From Trichodelitschia bisporula (lineage: Eukaryota): a stretch of 64,000 nt of DNA. Shown here in pieces: positions 49,101 through 60,943 of the stretch. The position numbers and the translations under genes were made by a program. A model generated the notes under the pieces. It made no database searches. It was not told the DNA's origin and worked only from the letters and a program-made list of their open reading frames with translations. Within the stretch, counting starts at the first letter, position 1. Every line of letters begins with the position of its first letter. The stretch lies in NCBI GenBank assembly GCA_010356995.1, contig ML996695.1, forward strand, positions 815,061 to 879,060. Reading direction: 5' to 3'.

Positions 49101-51851
49101 CGGAAATGGAGTACTGGGATACGATGGACAAGCCGTACGCGGCGTTCCGCTTCAAGTACCGCACTGCAGGTGAGGTCGAAACCTTAACTGTCCGTTCTTT
49201 CTGCTAACCTCAATAGCTGAGCTCCAAGAACGCTTCGGTAATCTCACTGAGATGGCGGGGAAAGCGGTTCCCAGCGTCCAGAAATTTGCGATCGACACTC
49301 CGAAGGCATACGAAGTTCTTCTTCAGGGCCACGATAATCGCGTCGAGGCAAGTGTCTGACCTCTCCTTTTTTCCCCATGCCCAACTTCCCACATTTCACA
49401 TTCCCCTGAACGTCGCCTAATCCCTCCTGATCCTCAAACTAAATCCCCATACCCCTCTTAAGCATAGTTACCAACACCCCCCACGGTCACCTCGGCCCTT
49501 CCAACCCCCATATGTATCCTAGATATGAAGAAGATATCCGCTGCACGTGCTCGAAAGATTGAGGTGAACTCCGTCACAAACTAAACCTCTAATCCAAGCG
49601 TACTTGGCTGTGGATCTGATATCATTTCTTGTCCCATATCGGTTGGGGGTTCACGTTCGATATACTTGCTTCTTCACATTCCTACAAATTAGACTGCATA
49701 AACAATTGCTAACGTTTGCTCTAGGAAACCTTGGAAGAAATTCAAGAGCGCCTCAACTTCTGGCGCAGCAACTCCCGTGCCAACACTGCTCGCAAGACGC
49801 AAACCAAGAAGGATCCTAGCCGTGCCGCACATCACCAGACTGAAAAGCGCGAAGGTGAGCGTCAGAACCTGGAGCCGCGCACTCAGGACCTTGGCGACCC
49901 GGCCAGCCACCCTCAAGACGCCAAGGAGTATCATCAGTCCGTGATCCAGTCGGTTATAGCTGCGACTCGCATGGTTAGGAACAATGAGGTTGAATCGCCA
50001 CAGGAGCGCGAGCGTGTTCTGATTAAGGCTCTTGCGGACAGTCTGAATTTTCACCTTCAGCAATCTGCTCCTGAGTCGAATGGATCATCAATGGCAGCTG
50101 GGCTGGCTAAAGAGAAGGCCGAAAAGTCGCATGAGCAGCCGGCCACCAAGACCACGGGAACTGATGATTCTTTGGTCTACCGCAAGCAGTCTCGCACGGT
50201 GAAGTTCAGCGGGACGAAGAGCAACGGTGCCGAGGAGGATTCAAAGCCTTCCGAATCAAAGGCTGAATCTAGAGAGGAACCTGGTACCCGCAATCGGCGC
50301 TACCAGGGGAGCGGGTCCCTCCCTGTTCCACATACACCAAACTCCCGCGTATTTCCGGCCCGCGTCGTGACCCCGATGGTTTCTGTTGGCGCGTGGCCTT
50401 CAAAGGAGAACACGCCAAACCTCCCTCAGTTGCCAAATGTGGATGAGTCGGACCCTAAGGGTACCAAAGAGGTCCCCAAGTTTCAAATCACCGAGGCGCC
50501 CACCCAGTACTCGAGCAGCAACAATATGGTGTCGACTGAAACGACTACCCAGGTCGAGGGAAAGCCCGTCCGCAAGGTCCTGGAAGTCATCCCAGTCAAA
50601 GAGACGACAACAGTGACCCTTCAATCTGAAGGTAAAACCGAGGCAGTCCCCAAGGAGATAAAGGTCACTAGACATATTCAGGTTGTTCAAGAATCGTCGG
50701 CCACGCCTCGGCGCCCCATCCTCCTGCGGTCTGGCTCCACCAGCAACATCAAGAAGTCGGTTAAGATGCGGGATCCTCTGACAGAGTACCGGACGATCGA
50801 ATCCGACGACCACTCTGGGCCCTCGAAAGGCAGCTCCACAGGCATTGAACGGAAGGCGCTCTATTGGGGCGAAGGCGTGAAAAAGTCCGAAATCCTGTCA
50901 CTCGAACTTCAAGATGTCAAGGGTCTTGATGATGAAGAGAGCATCTTCAACCGGAGCCCTGGTCCCGAGAGCGAAACCCCTAGCAAGCCGTCTGCGGCCC
51001 GTACCGGCAAGTACCAGGTTGTCCGCAACCAGAAGCGGCGCCTCTCAGCTGCCGGGAAGAATAACCTTGACGAAGAGACTAAGGCGCTCAAGCTGCGCAA
51101 GGCTCAGGAGCATGCTGAGTTCATGGCTCAGCACCTCGACACAGACGATGAGGAAGACATGATTCGAACTCGCCTGGATTTTGGCATGGGTGTCATCTCG
51201 CCGTTGCATTTCACTAGGGTTGTCGAAGAGCCCGAGACTCCTCTCGCGGAGCGCACAAAGCAGTTCGAGCCGAAGCCTGTGCCGGCACAACACAAGTTGG
51301 TTTCTAGAACTAAGGGCGACACCACGCCTCTTCCTGTTCCAAATCCGGGCGCCTGGCCCCACTCTCCCACCCCCGGCACTCTCATCATTCCAGCTGGTAG
51401 CACGGAACCGGCGACTGCTAAGGCTCTGAATGACAAGTTGAAGAAGCTTACACAGGACAAGGCTGATACCAAGGAAGCCGGGCCTGCGGCGACCCAGTCG
51501 AGCGAGAATGGTGCGCAAGAGGCTGGTGACGAGCCCGATAATTTCTTCCAGGCGTTCACTCTCAAGAAGAGAAAACAGAAGAAGGCGAAGGTTCAGGTTG
51601 CTCCGGCTGCCCCCACTGCCGCTCCTACAGCCGCTCCCACTCCTACTCCGGCTGCTACTCCGGCTGCTACTCCGGCTGCTACTTCGGCTGCTGCTCCGGC
51701 TGCCACTGAGCCGTCTACTACTGCCCCTGGTCCATTTGACAATGGCGATGACAAGGGCGATGACAAGGACAAGGACGATAAGGATGAGTGGGATACATGG
51801 GAGACGTCCAACGTGGGCAAGAAGAAGAAGAAGAAGAAGAATCGGAAGTAA
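46113..51851 (+). CDS. Large fungal protein with a split DUF7918-like domain and long low-complexity regions
   Basis: N-terminal motifs (VFIDG, IGTIEVVILR) and distal motif PYAAFRFKYRT. Predicted exons 46113-48509, 48570-49169, 49216-49347, optional 49468-49563, and 49725-51851 join in frame. Linkage to the last exon depends on a GC donor at 49348. Confidence 0.6.
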
Positions 51852-52283
51852 TCTGCCATTGCTTCCCGTCTTGTTAGTTCCCAGGGAGGGGTGTGTGGCT
51901 TATCTGGTGCTCTGGATCCCGACTACTTTGTCGACTTCCTGTCCGGCTTCGGGCGGGGGGTATGAGTAGTTTTGAGGAAGGGGGATTCATGTGCTGCGTG
52001 CTTCTACTTGGGACCTTGTGGGCGGTTGATGATTGCAGGTTTGCGGATGATTTGAGTTTACAAAAATGCTGGTGGTGCTCTACTTATTGTACAGTATGGG
52101 CAATGGTTGTGGGTACTGAGAACAACCTGCAAGTTTGTCAAGATTTAGCCTGTAGTACTTAGTAATGGAAATGTTCATCAGCGCTTCGAGTAGCATGCAT
52201 GTGATGATTTTGCATTGATTCATGGCGAGTAGCATTTCTAGCTAGGCACCTCAAACCTCCTTTTAGAACCACAACTCAGGTCT

Positions 52284-53778
52284 CTACAACTCGGGTATCG
52301 GCCGGTGAGCAACCTCGAATGGAAGGCGGAAAGTCGCACAGAACATCCTCTTCCCGGGCGCCACATCTCGGACGTCCCAAATTTGAACCTCGCCCTCCTT
52401 CTCCTCATCGCCAGGCTTAAACTTAAACTCCAGCTGCCGAGAAATCTCATCGCAAATGTGTTGGAACGCAGCGGCATTATCGTCTTCTTTTGCGTCAAAG
52501 CAATACACATGGATTTTGGGCATAGGCTCTGAAGGCGGGATCTGAGCAAGAGAGTAAGCGCCGATGAATGATGGCAAGAACGTGATGGCAGTAGCTGGAA
52601 GGTTCATGACAAAGTGGTTAAAGACCTTGGGTTGGCGATAGGTCTTCATCTGAGGACGTTCTTTCTTCGACCTTGAGACCTTGGTCTGAAGTTGGACAGA
52701 ATGGTCAGAGTGGTAGAGTTCAGCGACTGCCTCCCGGATGAACATCCGACCATCTCGGTTGTAGGGACGGACAAATTTGTCAACTTTGTTCCTTGTGATG
52801 TTGGCCTCCAGGCTGGCGTAGCTTTCCGGATTAAGGTCATTGGCCCAGACGAACACCCGCCTCTTGCCGGCTGGGACAGCAAATGGTCCCACTCCGGCCA
52901 TGACGTCACATACAACATCACCTTCCTTGAAGGTGCTGACAAGCCGTCCGTGCTCGGTGTGCAGACGGCTGTTCCAGTACACATTGGCGTAGTTGAAGTG
53001 GAAGAAGCAATCCTGTTCTTTGACTTCGACGTTCAAGTCGTCTGGTCCTGCGAGCACCTCGTATGAAAATGTACGGTACTCACTCTCCTCGCCTACGGTG
53101 TCAATTTTGTTGATGACTGTCCTTATGTTGCCGCCCTTGTCGAGGATCACCTGACCGATCAAGTGTTTGTATGGGAGGAACGGTTCACGGAGATTGAGAT
53201 GCGCTGACGACGTTAGACCTGCGCGAGCGCTGGAAGGGTTGACTGACCCACGTGCCCAACTACCGTGAAGCCAGTTGGCAGATCTTTCTGCTCGTCGAGA
53301 GGCAGAATAGAGCTCATGATATCGCCTGCAGAATATCAGCATCTCGTCGAAGCGGGCAGCGGAGGAGCTTACGGTAGGACCAGTAGTCATAGTCAAGCTC
53401 GAGATCATAGGGTATGACCCCAACACGCTGGGATTCCACAAGTTCGGTCACTGTTTTACCCCACGTAGACGAGTCTGGCTGCTACAATCAGCGCTGCTAC
53501 GTGATATTGCACGTGTCTGTACCGTTGGCTTTGATATCCGGACGCAGCAAGATACATCTCCGACCCTCCTTAGCCAACTCCAGGGAAGGATCTTGAGTCA
53601 CGTTCATAAGACGGTCCATGCCCAAGGCGTCATGACTCCGCTCTAGATCCTTTCGACATTGCGCAATGTGTTTGTTGTTGAATATACGTGCGGCGGAGAT
53701 GGCAAAGGTCTTTTTGAAAAATGCACGATCTAGTGTCCGCATCGCGCGGTTGACGGGAGGGAGAAGTTTTTCGGCCAT
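52284..53778 (-). CDS. TRM5: tRNA (guanine-N1, m1G37) methyltransferase, 4 exons
   Basis: PPVNRAMRTLDR, LPTGFTVVGHVAHLNLR, YKHLIGQVILDK, VYWNSRLHTEH, DVMAGVGPFA, ANDLNP, VMNLP, VRDVAPGKRMFCATFRLP. Confidence 0.93.
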
Positions 53779-54191
53779 GTTGAAGCGCAAAAGGCCGAGA
53801 TCAGCTCAAAGAAAGATATATTCTCCGGCGTTGGGGTGTAGTTGAAAAAAGCGAGGGCAAGGCGGCGGGTGGAAGCTTTTCGGACAGTTGACTCTTTGTA
53901 ACGTGATGCGGGAGAGCAGGGATGCTAAACGCCATAAACGCCCGGGAACGCCTAGGATGCCTAAAAGCCGCATGGCAGCAACTGCGGCGCGGCAAAGAAA
54001 TATACCTTACCTGACCTTAATTTACCCCGGAATCACTTAACCAGCGACACTCCCGCGCCTTCTTCGCGCAGCTCGACGCGACAATTCACCTCTGCTGCTC
54101 CGGGAGATGGTCACGTAGCCTCTCGTCTTGCTGCGCGCTCCACACACCGCTCGAAACGCTCACCCCGCGGGTCCCGCCCGCCGAGTACACC

Positions 54192-57100
54192 ATGGCGACC
54201 GGCGGAGGCAACATCAAGGTGGTGGTGAGGGTGCGACCCTTCAACAGCAGAGGCAAGTGTCGCGCGATATACAGTGTGCAAAGCTCGCGATAGCTGACTG
54301 GCGGCTGCAGAAATCGAACGCGGGGCAAAATGTATCGTGCAGATGAAAGGCAAGCAGACGGTCCTCCAGCCGCCCGCCGTTGGGGACTCGCGCAGCAAGA
54401 ATTCCAAAGCAATACTGGAAGGAGCCAAAACCTTCGCCTTCGACAAGAGTTACTGGTCCTTTAATCGCACCGACCAACACTTTGCGGGGCAAGATGACCT
54501 CTTCAACGACCTCGGACGCCCCCTGCTCGACAATGCGTTCCAAGGTTACAACAACTGTATCTTCGCGTACGGACAGACCGGGTCGGGCAAGTCATATTCT
54601 ATGATGGGATATGGGCAGGAATTCGGCGTCATTCCGCGGATTTGCAAGGACATGTTCGAGCGCATAGAGGAGGTACAGCGCGACAAGAATCTAAGCTGCA
54701 CGGTCGAGGTGTCATACCTCGAAATCTACAACGAACGGGTGCGCGATCTGCTCAACCCGACGACGAAGGGCAATTTGAGGGTGCGCGAGCATCCCTCTAC
54801 TGGACCATACGTGGAAGACCTCGCGAAGCTTGTGGTCAGGTCGTTCGCTGAGATTGAGAATCTCATGGACGAGGGTAACAAGGCTAGAACTGTCGCGGCT
54901 ACCAACATGAACGAGACATCCAGTCGCTCACATGCGGTCTTCACCTTGACTTTGAGCCAAAAGCGCCACGACGTCGAGACAAAGATGGATACCGAGAAGG
55001 TCGCAAAGATCAGCTTGGTTGATCTTGCTGGTTCCGAGCGCGCCACGTCGACCGGTGCGACTGGCGCTCGCTTGAAAGAGGGCGCCGAAATCAACCGCTC
55101 GTTGTCGACGCTCGGGCGAGTCATTGCGGCTCTGGCGGATTTGTCTTCCGGAAAGGTGGTGGGAAAGAAGAAGAACGCATCTATGGTTCCGTACCGAGAC
55201 TCTGTTCTCACCTGGCTCTTGAAAGATTCCCTGGGAGGTAACAGTCTCACAGCGATGATTGCTGCCATTTCGCCAGCCGACATAAATTTTGAGGAGACGC
55301 TCTCGACACTGCGCTACGCCGATTCAGCCAAGCGGATCAAGAACCACGCAGTTGTAAACGAGGATCCGAACGCGCGCATGGTTCGCGAGCTTAAAGAAGA
55401 GTTGGCGCAGCTGCGGGCAAAGCTCGGTGGCGGTGGATCGGCGATTGGCATGCCAATGGAAGAGCAATATTCGTCGGATACACCGCTTGAGCAGCAAATG
55501 GTTTCCATCTCACAACCAGACGGCACGATCAAGAAGGTGTCCAAGGCCGAAATCGTCGAGCAGCTGAACCAGTCGGAGAAGCTGTACCAGGAGATCAACC
55601 AAACATGGGAGGAGAAGCTCCAGAAAACCGAGCTCATTCACAAAGAGCGGGAGGCCGCCTTGGAAGAGCTTGGTATCAGCATCGAGAAGGGCTTCGTGGG
55701 TCTGTCGACACCGAAGAAAATGCCGCATCTGGTCAATCTTAGCGACGACCCCTTGCTGGCCGAATGCTTGGTGTACAACCTGAAGCCTGGGACGACGACT
55801 GTCGGTCATATCGAAACATCGTCGACGGCGGAGATCAGACTGAACGGATCCAAAATTCTTATGGATCACTGCTCGTTCGAAAACGTCGACGGCATTGTCA
55901 CAGTGGTCCCTCGCGAGGGTGCTGGCGTCATGGTCAATGGGGAGCGAATTGAGAAGCCTAAGCGTTTGCGCAGCGGTTACCGAATCATCCTCGGAGACTT
56001 TCATATTTTCCGTTTCAACCATCCACAGGAGGCTCGGGCCGAGCGTGCGGAACAGAGTAGTCTGCTCCGGCATTCAGTCGCCGCCAGTCAGCTAAGCGGC
56101 ATAGCATCTCCCCGTCCTGGGCATGAGCGAAATACTAGCGTTATCTCGCGCGCGGACTCTGACTACGACTTCGACAGCCCGTCACGTGCACTTTCTCCAC
56201 AGCCCCGCAATGGGAGAGACTCGGACTGGTCCTTTGCCCGTCGTGAAGCTGTTACGGCAATTCTGGGCCCCGGACAGAAAGTCTCTGATCTCGCGGACGA
56301 CGACCTTGATGTCCTCTTTGACGATCTGCTGCGCGTGCGAGCAACGCGCAAAGGTAAGACGGAGAATCGAATATTCGAAGTCGAAGACGACAGTGATTCC
56401 GTCACCTCGTATCCAGTGCGAGAGAAGTACGCCTCGAATGGCACAATAGATAACTTCTCGCTTGACACTGCGCTGACGATACCCTCCACCCCACAAGCAG
56501 GCGAAGAGGACAGCCGGTTACGTCTCGTGCGCGAAGATATGCAGAATCAGCTAGAGAAACAAAAAGAAGAATACCAAGCGAAGCTCAAGTCGGCTGAGGA
56601 AGCACATGTTGAAATCGAGGAGATCCGAGCTGAGAAGGCAAAGATGGAAGAGAACCTTCTTACACTGAAGGAAGAGATGCAGAAGCAGCTCCAGGAGCAG
56701 AAAGAAGAGATGCAGCGCCAAAAGGAGGAGTTCGAACGCCAACTCTCCGAGCTGAAGCCCTCCGAGCCCCAAGAGGAAGGACCGCCGGAGCCAACTCCAC
56801 GACAGATTGAACAAGCGCGGAATGTCATCCAACGCTGGCAGCAGCGGAGATACGTTGGCATGGCAGAGAAGATCCTCCAAAATGCGGCACTGCTCAAGGA
56901 AGCGCAAGTGATGAGCCAACAGATGGAGAAGCAAGTGGTTTTCCAGTTCTGCATCGCCGACGTTGGTCACACATTTGCCTCGTCGTACGACCTTGTTCTG
57001 AACGGTATTCCGGGTGAAGAAGACGAGGACCTTGATTTAGCCCCCAAGCCCTGCGTGGCGGTGAGAGTGATCGACTTCAAGCACAATGTCGTCCATCTGT

Positions 57101-59118
57101 GGTCACTCCAAAAGCTGCGCAAGCGGATCCGGCAGATGAAGCAAGTCAGCCAGTATCTCAGCTCGCCAAACTACTCGCAGCACTTCAATCTCGACAACCC
57201 GTTCTCTGAATCCTGTCTTCCGCAATACTCACGCATCGGAGATGTCGACGTTCCACTTGCGGCTGTATTCGAGGCAAGGGTGCAGGACTTCACACTGGAC
57301 GTGTTTTCTCCATATACCTCGAATGTGGTCGGTATCGTCACACTCTCATTGGAGCCATCATCGGCGGAGGCTCCATCTTCCACGCTTAAGTTCAATGTCG
57401 TCATGCGGGACTTTATCGGGTTCCCTGAGCGCGAAGGCACCGACGTGCATGCGCAGCTCTTTGTACCTGGCGTATCAGACGAAGGTGGTGCTACGACAAC
57501 ATCACTTGTCAAGGACTTCGATGAAGGGCCCGTACGGTTCGAAAGCGTCCACAGTATGAGTCTCCCATTTTCAAGCCCGAGGAACTCATCGCTCCGGATT
57601 TCCATCTTCGCCAAAGTAACAGCGATGCACCTTGACAAGCTCCTCAGCTGGGACGACATGCGCGACTCGGCCCCGCGTCCGAAGCAGAAGCGTCACCAAT
57701 CACGCATCGCTGAGTCGGAGTTCTATACCGAGGAGCGACATGACATTTTCTGCCGCGTGCAGCTCCAGGAGATCTCTGAGCACGGCGACTACCAACCCGT
57801 GGATGTGGTGCAAAATAACGCTCTTGACTGCGGTGCATTCCAATTGCACCAAGGTCTCCAGCGCCGGATTGTCATCAGCCTCACGCACAGCTCCGCCAAG
57901 GCGCTCCAATGGAAAGACGTCACGTCGCTGCGGGTGGGTCGAGTGATTCTACTCGACAATGCGGGTAAGGCGTCCGATCTCGATACTCCGCAGGCAGAGG
58001 TCCCCTTGAAGCCAGTTTCACCACCAGTCGTTGAGGACAATGCCGATGGAACATCAAACGTGACGGTTATTTGCCAGTGGGATTCGAGCATGCATGGCTC
58101 GCCCCTGCTTGACCGGGTAACTTCTGACCGTTACCGCGTGCAGATTACGCTCCTGTGGAATGTCACGTGCGGCAAGGTCACGGCGCCGATGTCATTTGCG
58201 TTGGATCTCGCCGTTCAGATCCGCTCGAGGTCGTACGTACGGCAGACGTCCATGTTCCAGCAGCTATGGAGTCCGGTCCATGTGGTTCATTCCAGTGTAG
58301 GCATCTTTGTAGTGGTTATCCGGCCTGTTTCGGCGAAACGAGCTGTTGATCTGTGGCGCATGGATACGCAGAACGACTATGTCAAGGGCGAGGAATATCT
58401 GAGTGGTTGGACTCCGCGTGGTGTCTCTCTCGTCAGCGACTACATCGGCAGCCGGAAGCAGCGACGGCGAGTAGCGGAGATTGAAACCGCGCGGACCCTC
58501 CTAGGCAAAAAGACGCTGGTGCGACATGACGGGCCCATTCGCGAGCAAGAAACGTTCGACGCGCGGCAGGAGCAGCTTCTTCGGAAGGTTCTTCAACTGT
58601 GGACCACCAAGCGCGACATCGAAGCTTCGATCCTGTCGAAAGACAATATCGAGCCTCCTCAGAACGGTGCCGCCTTTGCACCTCCGACTAACGGCGCGAC
58701 GCAGCCCACGCTGATTGCCTCAGTCCGCTTCATCCCCAAGAATCCGAACCTGCAGAAGGGCGGCTACTTGATGATGCCGGATGAGGGCAACACGCGCTGG
58801 GTGCGGCGTTACGTTGAGCTGCGGCGGCCCTATGTCCACATATATTCCGTGCCGGAGTTGGAAGAGCTGAATGCTATCAACCTCACCAACGCCCGGATAG
58901 ACCACGAGCCGCAGTTCGCGATGTTACTGCGCCGTAACGGTGCCACCTACGTTTGGGCAGTGTTCGCGCCGCAGAACACTTACCTATTCAAGTCGCGCAG
59001 TGAAAGGGACAAGGTGGAGTGGATTCTCAAGATCGACGAGAGCTACTTCAGCAGTCCGAGTGGTGGAAGCGGGTGGAGCAGCGGGAACGAGAACGAGGAC
59101 GATGGACTTGCGTATTAA
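54192..59118 (+). CDS. uncA: Kinesin-3 motor (Unc104/KIF1 family): motor, FHA, coiled coil, PH domain
   Basis: NIKVVVRVRPFN, GQTGSGKS, SSRSH, LVDLAGSE, K-loop, FHA, C-terminal PH domain. Single GC-AG intron 54253-54310. Confidence 0.95.
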
Positions 59119-59540
59119 GCCCCGGGTGTGGCAATTGTCTTTTTGATATTCTCGCTTTCCTTGCGGCCACGCGGCATGACTATAAGGCGCTTTTCAGGTT
59201 GGAATAACTGCTGTTGCTGTACATGCATTGCGGAGGCGTTGGCCGTCCGCCTTTGATACCCCTGATTTTTTTCCTTCGCTATCTAAGGGATGCGGATGCT
59301 CAGCGGCAGGTGATGGGACTGCCGGCTCGGAATGTGTAACCCATACTTGTATTCTGTCTTCTCTGGACTCGGGCGGATGACCTGAATGAGCGCAATGTAT
59401 TCTGTACCCACCCTAGACTTGCATCCGTGAACCCGTATTGGTGCTGCTTTCCCGTGGCGTGAGGAGGTTGAATAGCTAAAGCATCGCAAACCCAGACGCT
59501 GCAACATTCGCCCTCCTATCACCGCGCAAACTCTTCCTCA

Positions 59541-59710
59541 ACAGCCCGCACCAGGCGAACACATCGATGAAAAGAAGCAGACCATCAAAAATTATGCCAG
59601 TGAGGCCCCCGAAGGAGACTCATACCAACACCTCTCCACGCTGTGCAATGCAGGAGGTCCTGGCAGGCTTCCGCATTCTTGAGCGCGGATAGCCCCAACA
59701 AGGTAAGTAT
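59541..59710 (-). ncRNA. U1: U1 spliceosomal snRNA
   Basis: Minus strand begins ATACTTACCT. SL I GGCTATCCGC-GCTCAAGAAT-GCGGAAGCC; SL II loop ATTGCAC (U1A site); SL III with C-TTCG-G tetraloop; Sm site ATAATTTTTG at 59595-59586; terminal stem GGTCTGC/GCGGGCT. The 3' end is approximate. Confidence 0.92.
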
Positions 59711-59750
59711 GAAGAAAAGAAGAAAAGGAGGAGAGAGGTGGAGTGGGCGG

Positions 59751-59758
59751 TATTTATA
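59751..59758 (-). promoter_or_regulatory. TATA box of the U1 snRNA gene
   Basis: TATAAATA on the minus strand, about 41-48 nt upstream of the U1 5' end, followed by a pyrimidine tract. Confidence 0.75.
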
Positions 59759-59970
59759 CCCTCTGGCAGGTGGCCCATGCGTTGCGGTTCAACGTTGAAC
59801 AAACCCAAGGAAGCGACGACCCGCGGCGCCTTCAGTCCTTGGCACCCCTTCCCCGCCCCGCCCCGCCCCGCCACACCCACCCCGCCCTTCCAACGCCACC
59901 CTTGCCCCGCGCCTGCCAGAGCTTGTCTTCCCGCCGACGTACAGTATCCTCATCACAACATATCGCAACC

Positions 59971-60709
59971 ATGGCTGAAGCCTCAGAACCCCCCGTACCG
60001 CAAAGTCTTGACGTCGTCTACTGCGGAGGTAAGTCCTCCCGCCCTTTGCCTTCCCGCGCTAACCGTCCGCAGTCTGCTCTCTCCCTCCCGAAGTAGGTAC
60101 ACGGCCCGAGGCCGGCGCGCCGGCGCTATGGGTCGGACACGGCTGATGCTGGCATAGTACTGCGAGTTTGGCGGCACGACGAAGAAGTGCGAGGAGTGGT
60201 TGCAGCAGCATCATCCGGATGTGCATGGGCGGCTGTACTCGGGAGGTTAGTTGAGGCGCGCTGGAGTGGACGCGAGCTGACCCAAGACAGAAGCGCTCGC
60301 CGCGCCGCTAACCGCGCTGTCGGTCAAGGCGCAAGAACGAGCGGAAAAAGACGCGCAGAAGAAAGCGGCCAAAGCGGCGACAGCGGCCGAACGGGAGGCG
60401 GAGCGACGCGCGACGGCGCGGGTCACGATCAAGCGGATTGAGCGGAACAAGCGTAAGTATGTTACGACGATTGCGGGGCTTGAGACGTTTGGGTACGATT
60501 TGAAGAAGATTGCAAAGGACTTTGGGAAGAGGTTTGCGACGGGGTCGAGTGTGACGAAGGTTCCGGCGGGTGGGGAGGAGATTACGGTGCAGGGCGATTT
60601 GGCATATGATATTGAGGAGTTTGTGATTGAGACGTTTAAGGAGGTGCCGGAGGACAATATTGATGTGGTGGAGGATAAGAAGAAGAAGGGGGCGCCGCCG
60701 GTTGTGTGA
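59971..60709 (+). CDS. TMA22: Translation machinery-associated protein 22 (DENR, SUI1 domain), 4 exons
   Basis: VVYCGVCSLPPEYCEFG (via 20-nt exon 60072-60091), VTIKRIERNKRKYVT, FGKRFATGSSVTK, EEITVQGD. Confidence 0.94.
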
Positions 60710-60943
60710 GGAGGGGACTGAGGGATCCTGCGAGCGCGAGAGATGGGTCGGGAACGGCAACAGTGAGGGTCACCTCGCACTGAACGGAGTCAAGGAAGAT
60801 GTCATGCTGATATTGACATAGTTACTCTGTAGATACGCCGTAGAGTCGCTGAACCATAAAGCGACCGATACCTGCGCCAAAAGAATTTCCATCTCGTCCT
60901 GTCAAACCCAAAGACTCCAAAACCCCCTTTTTCCAACCGTATC

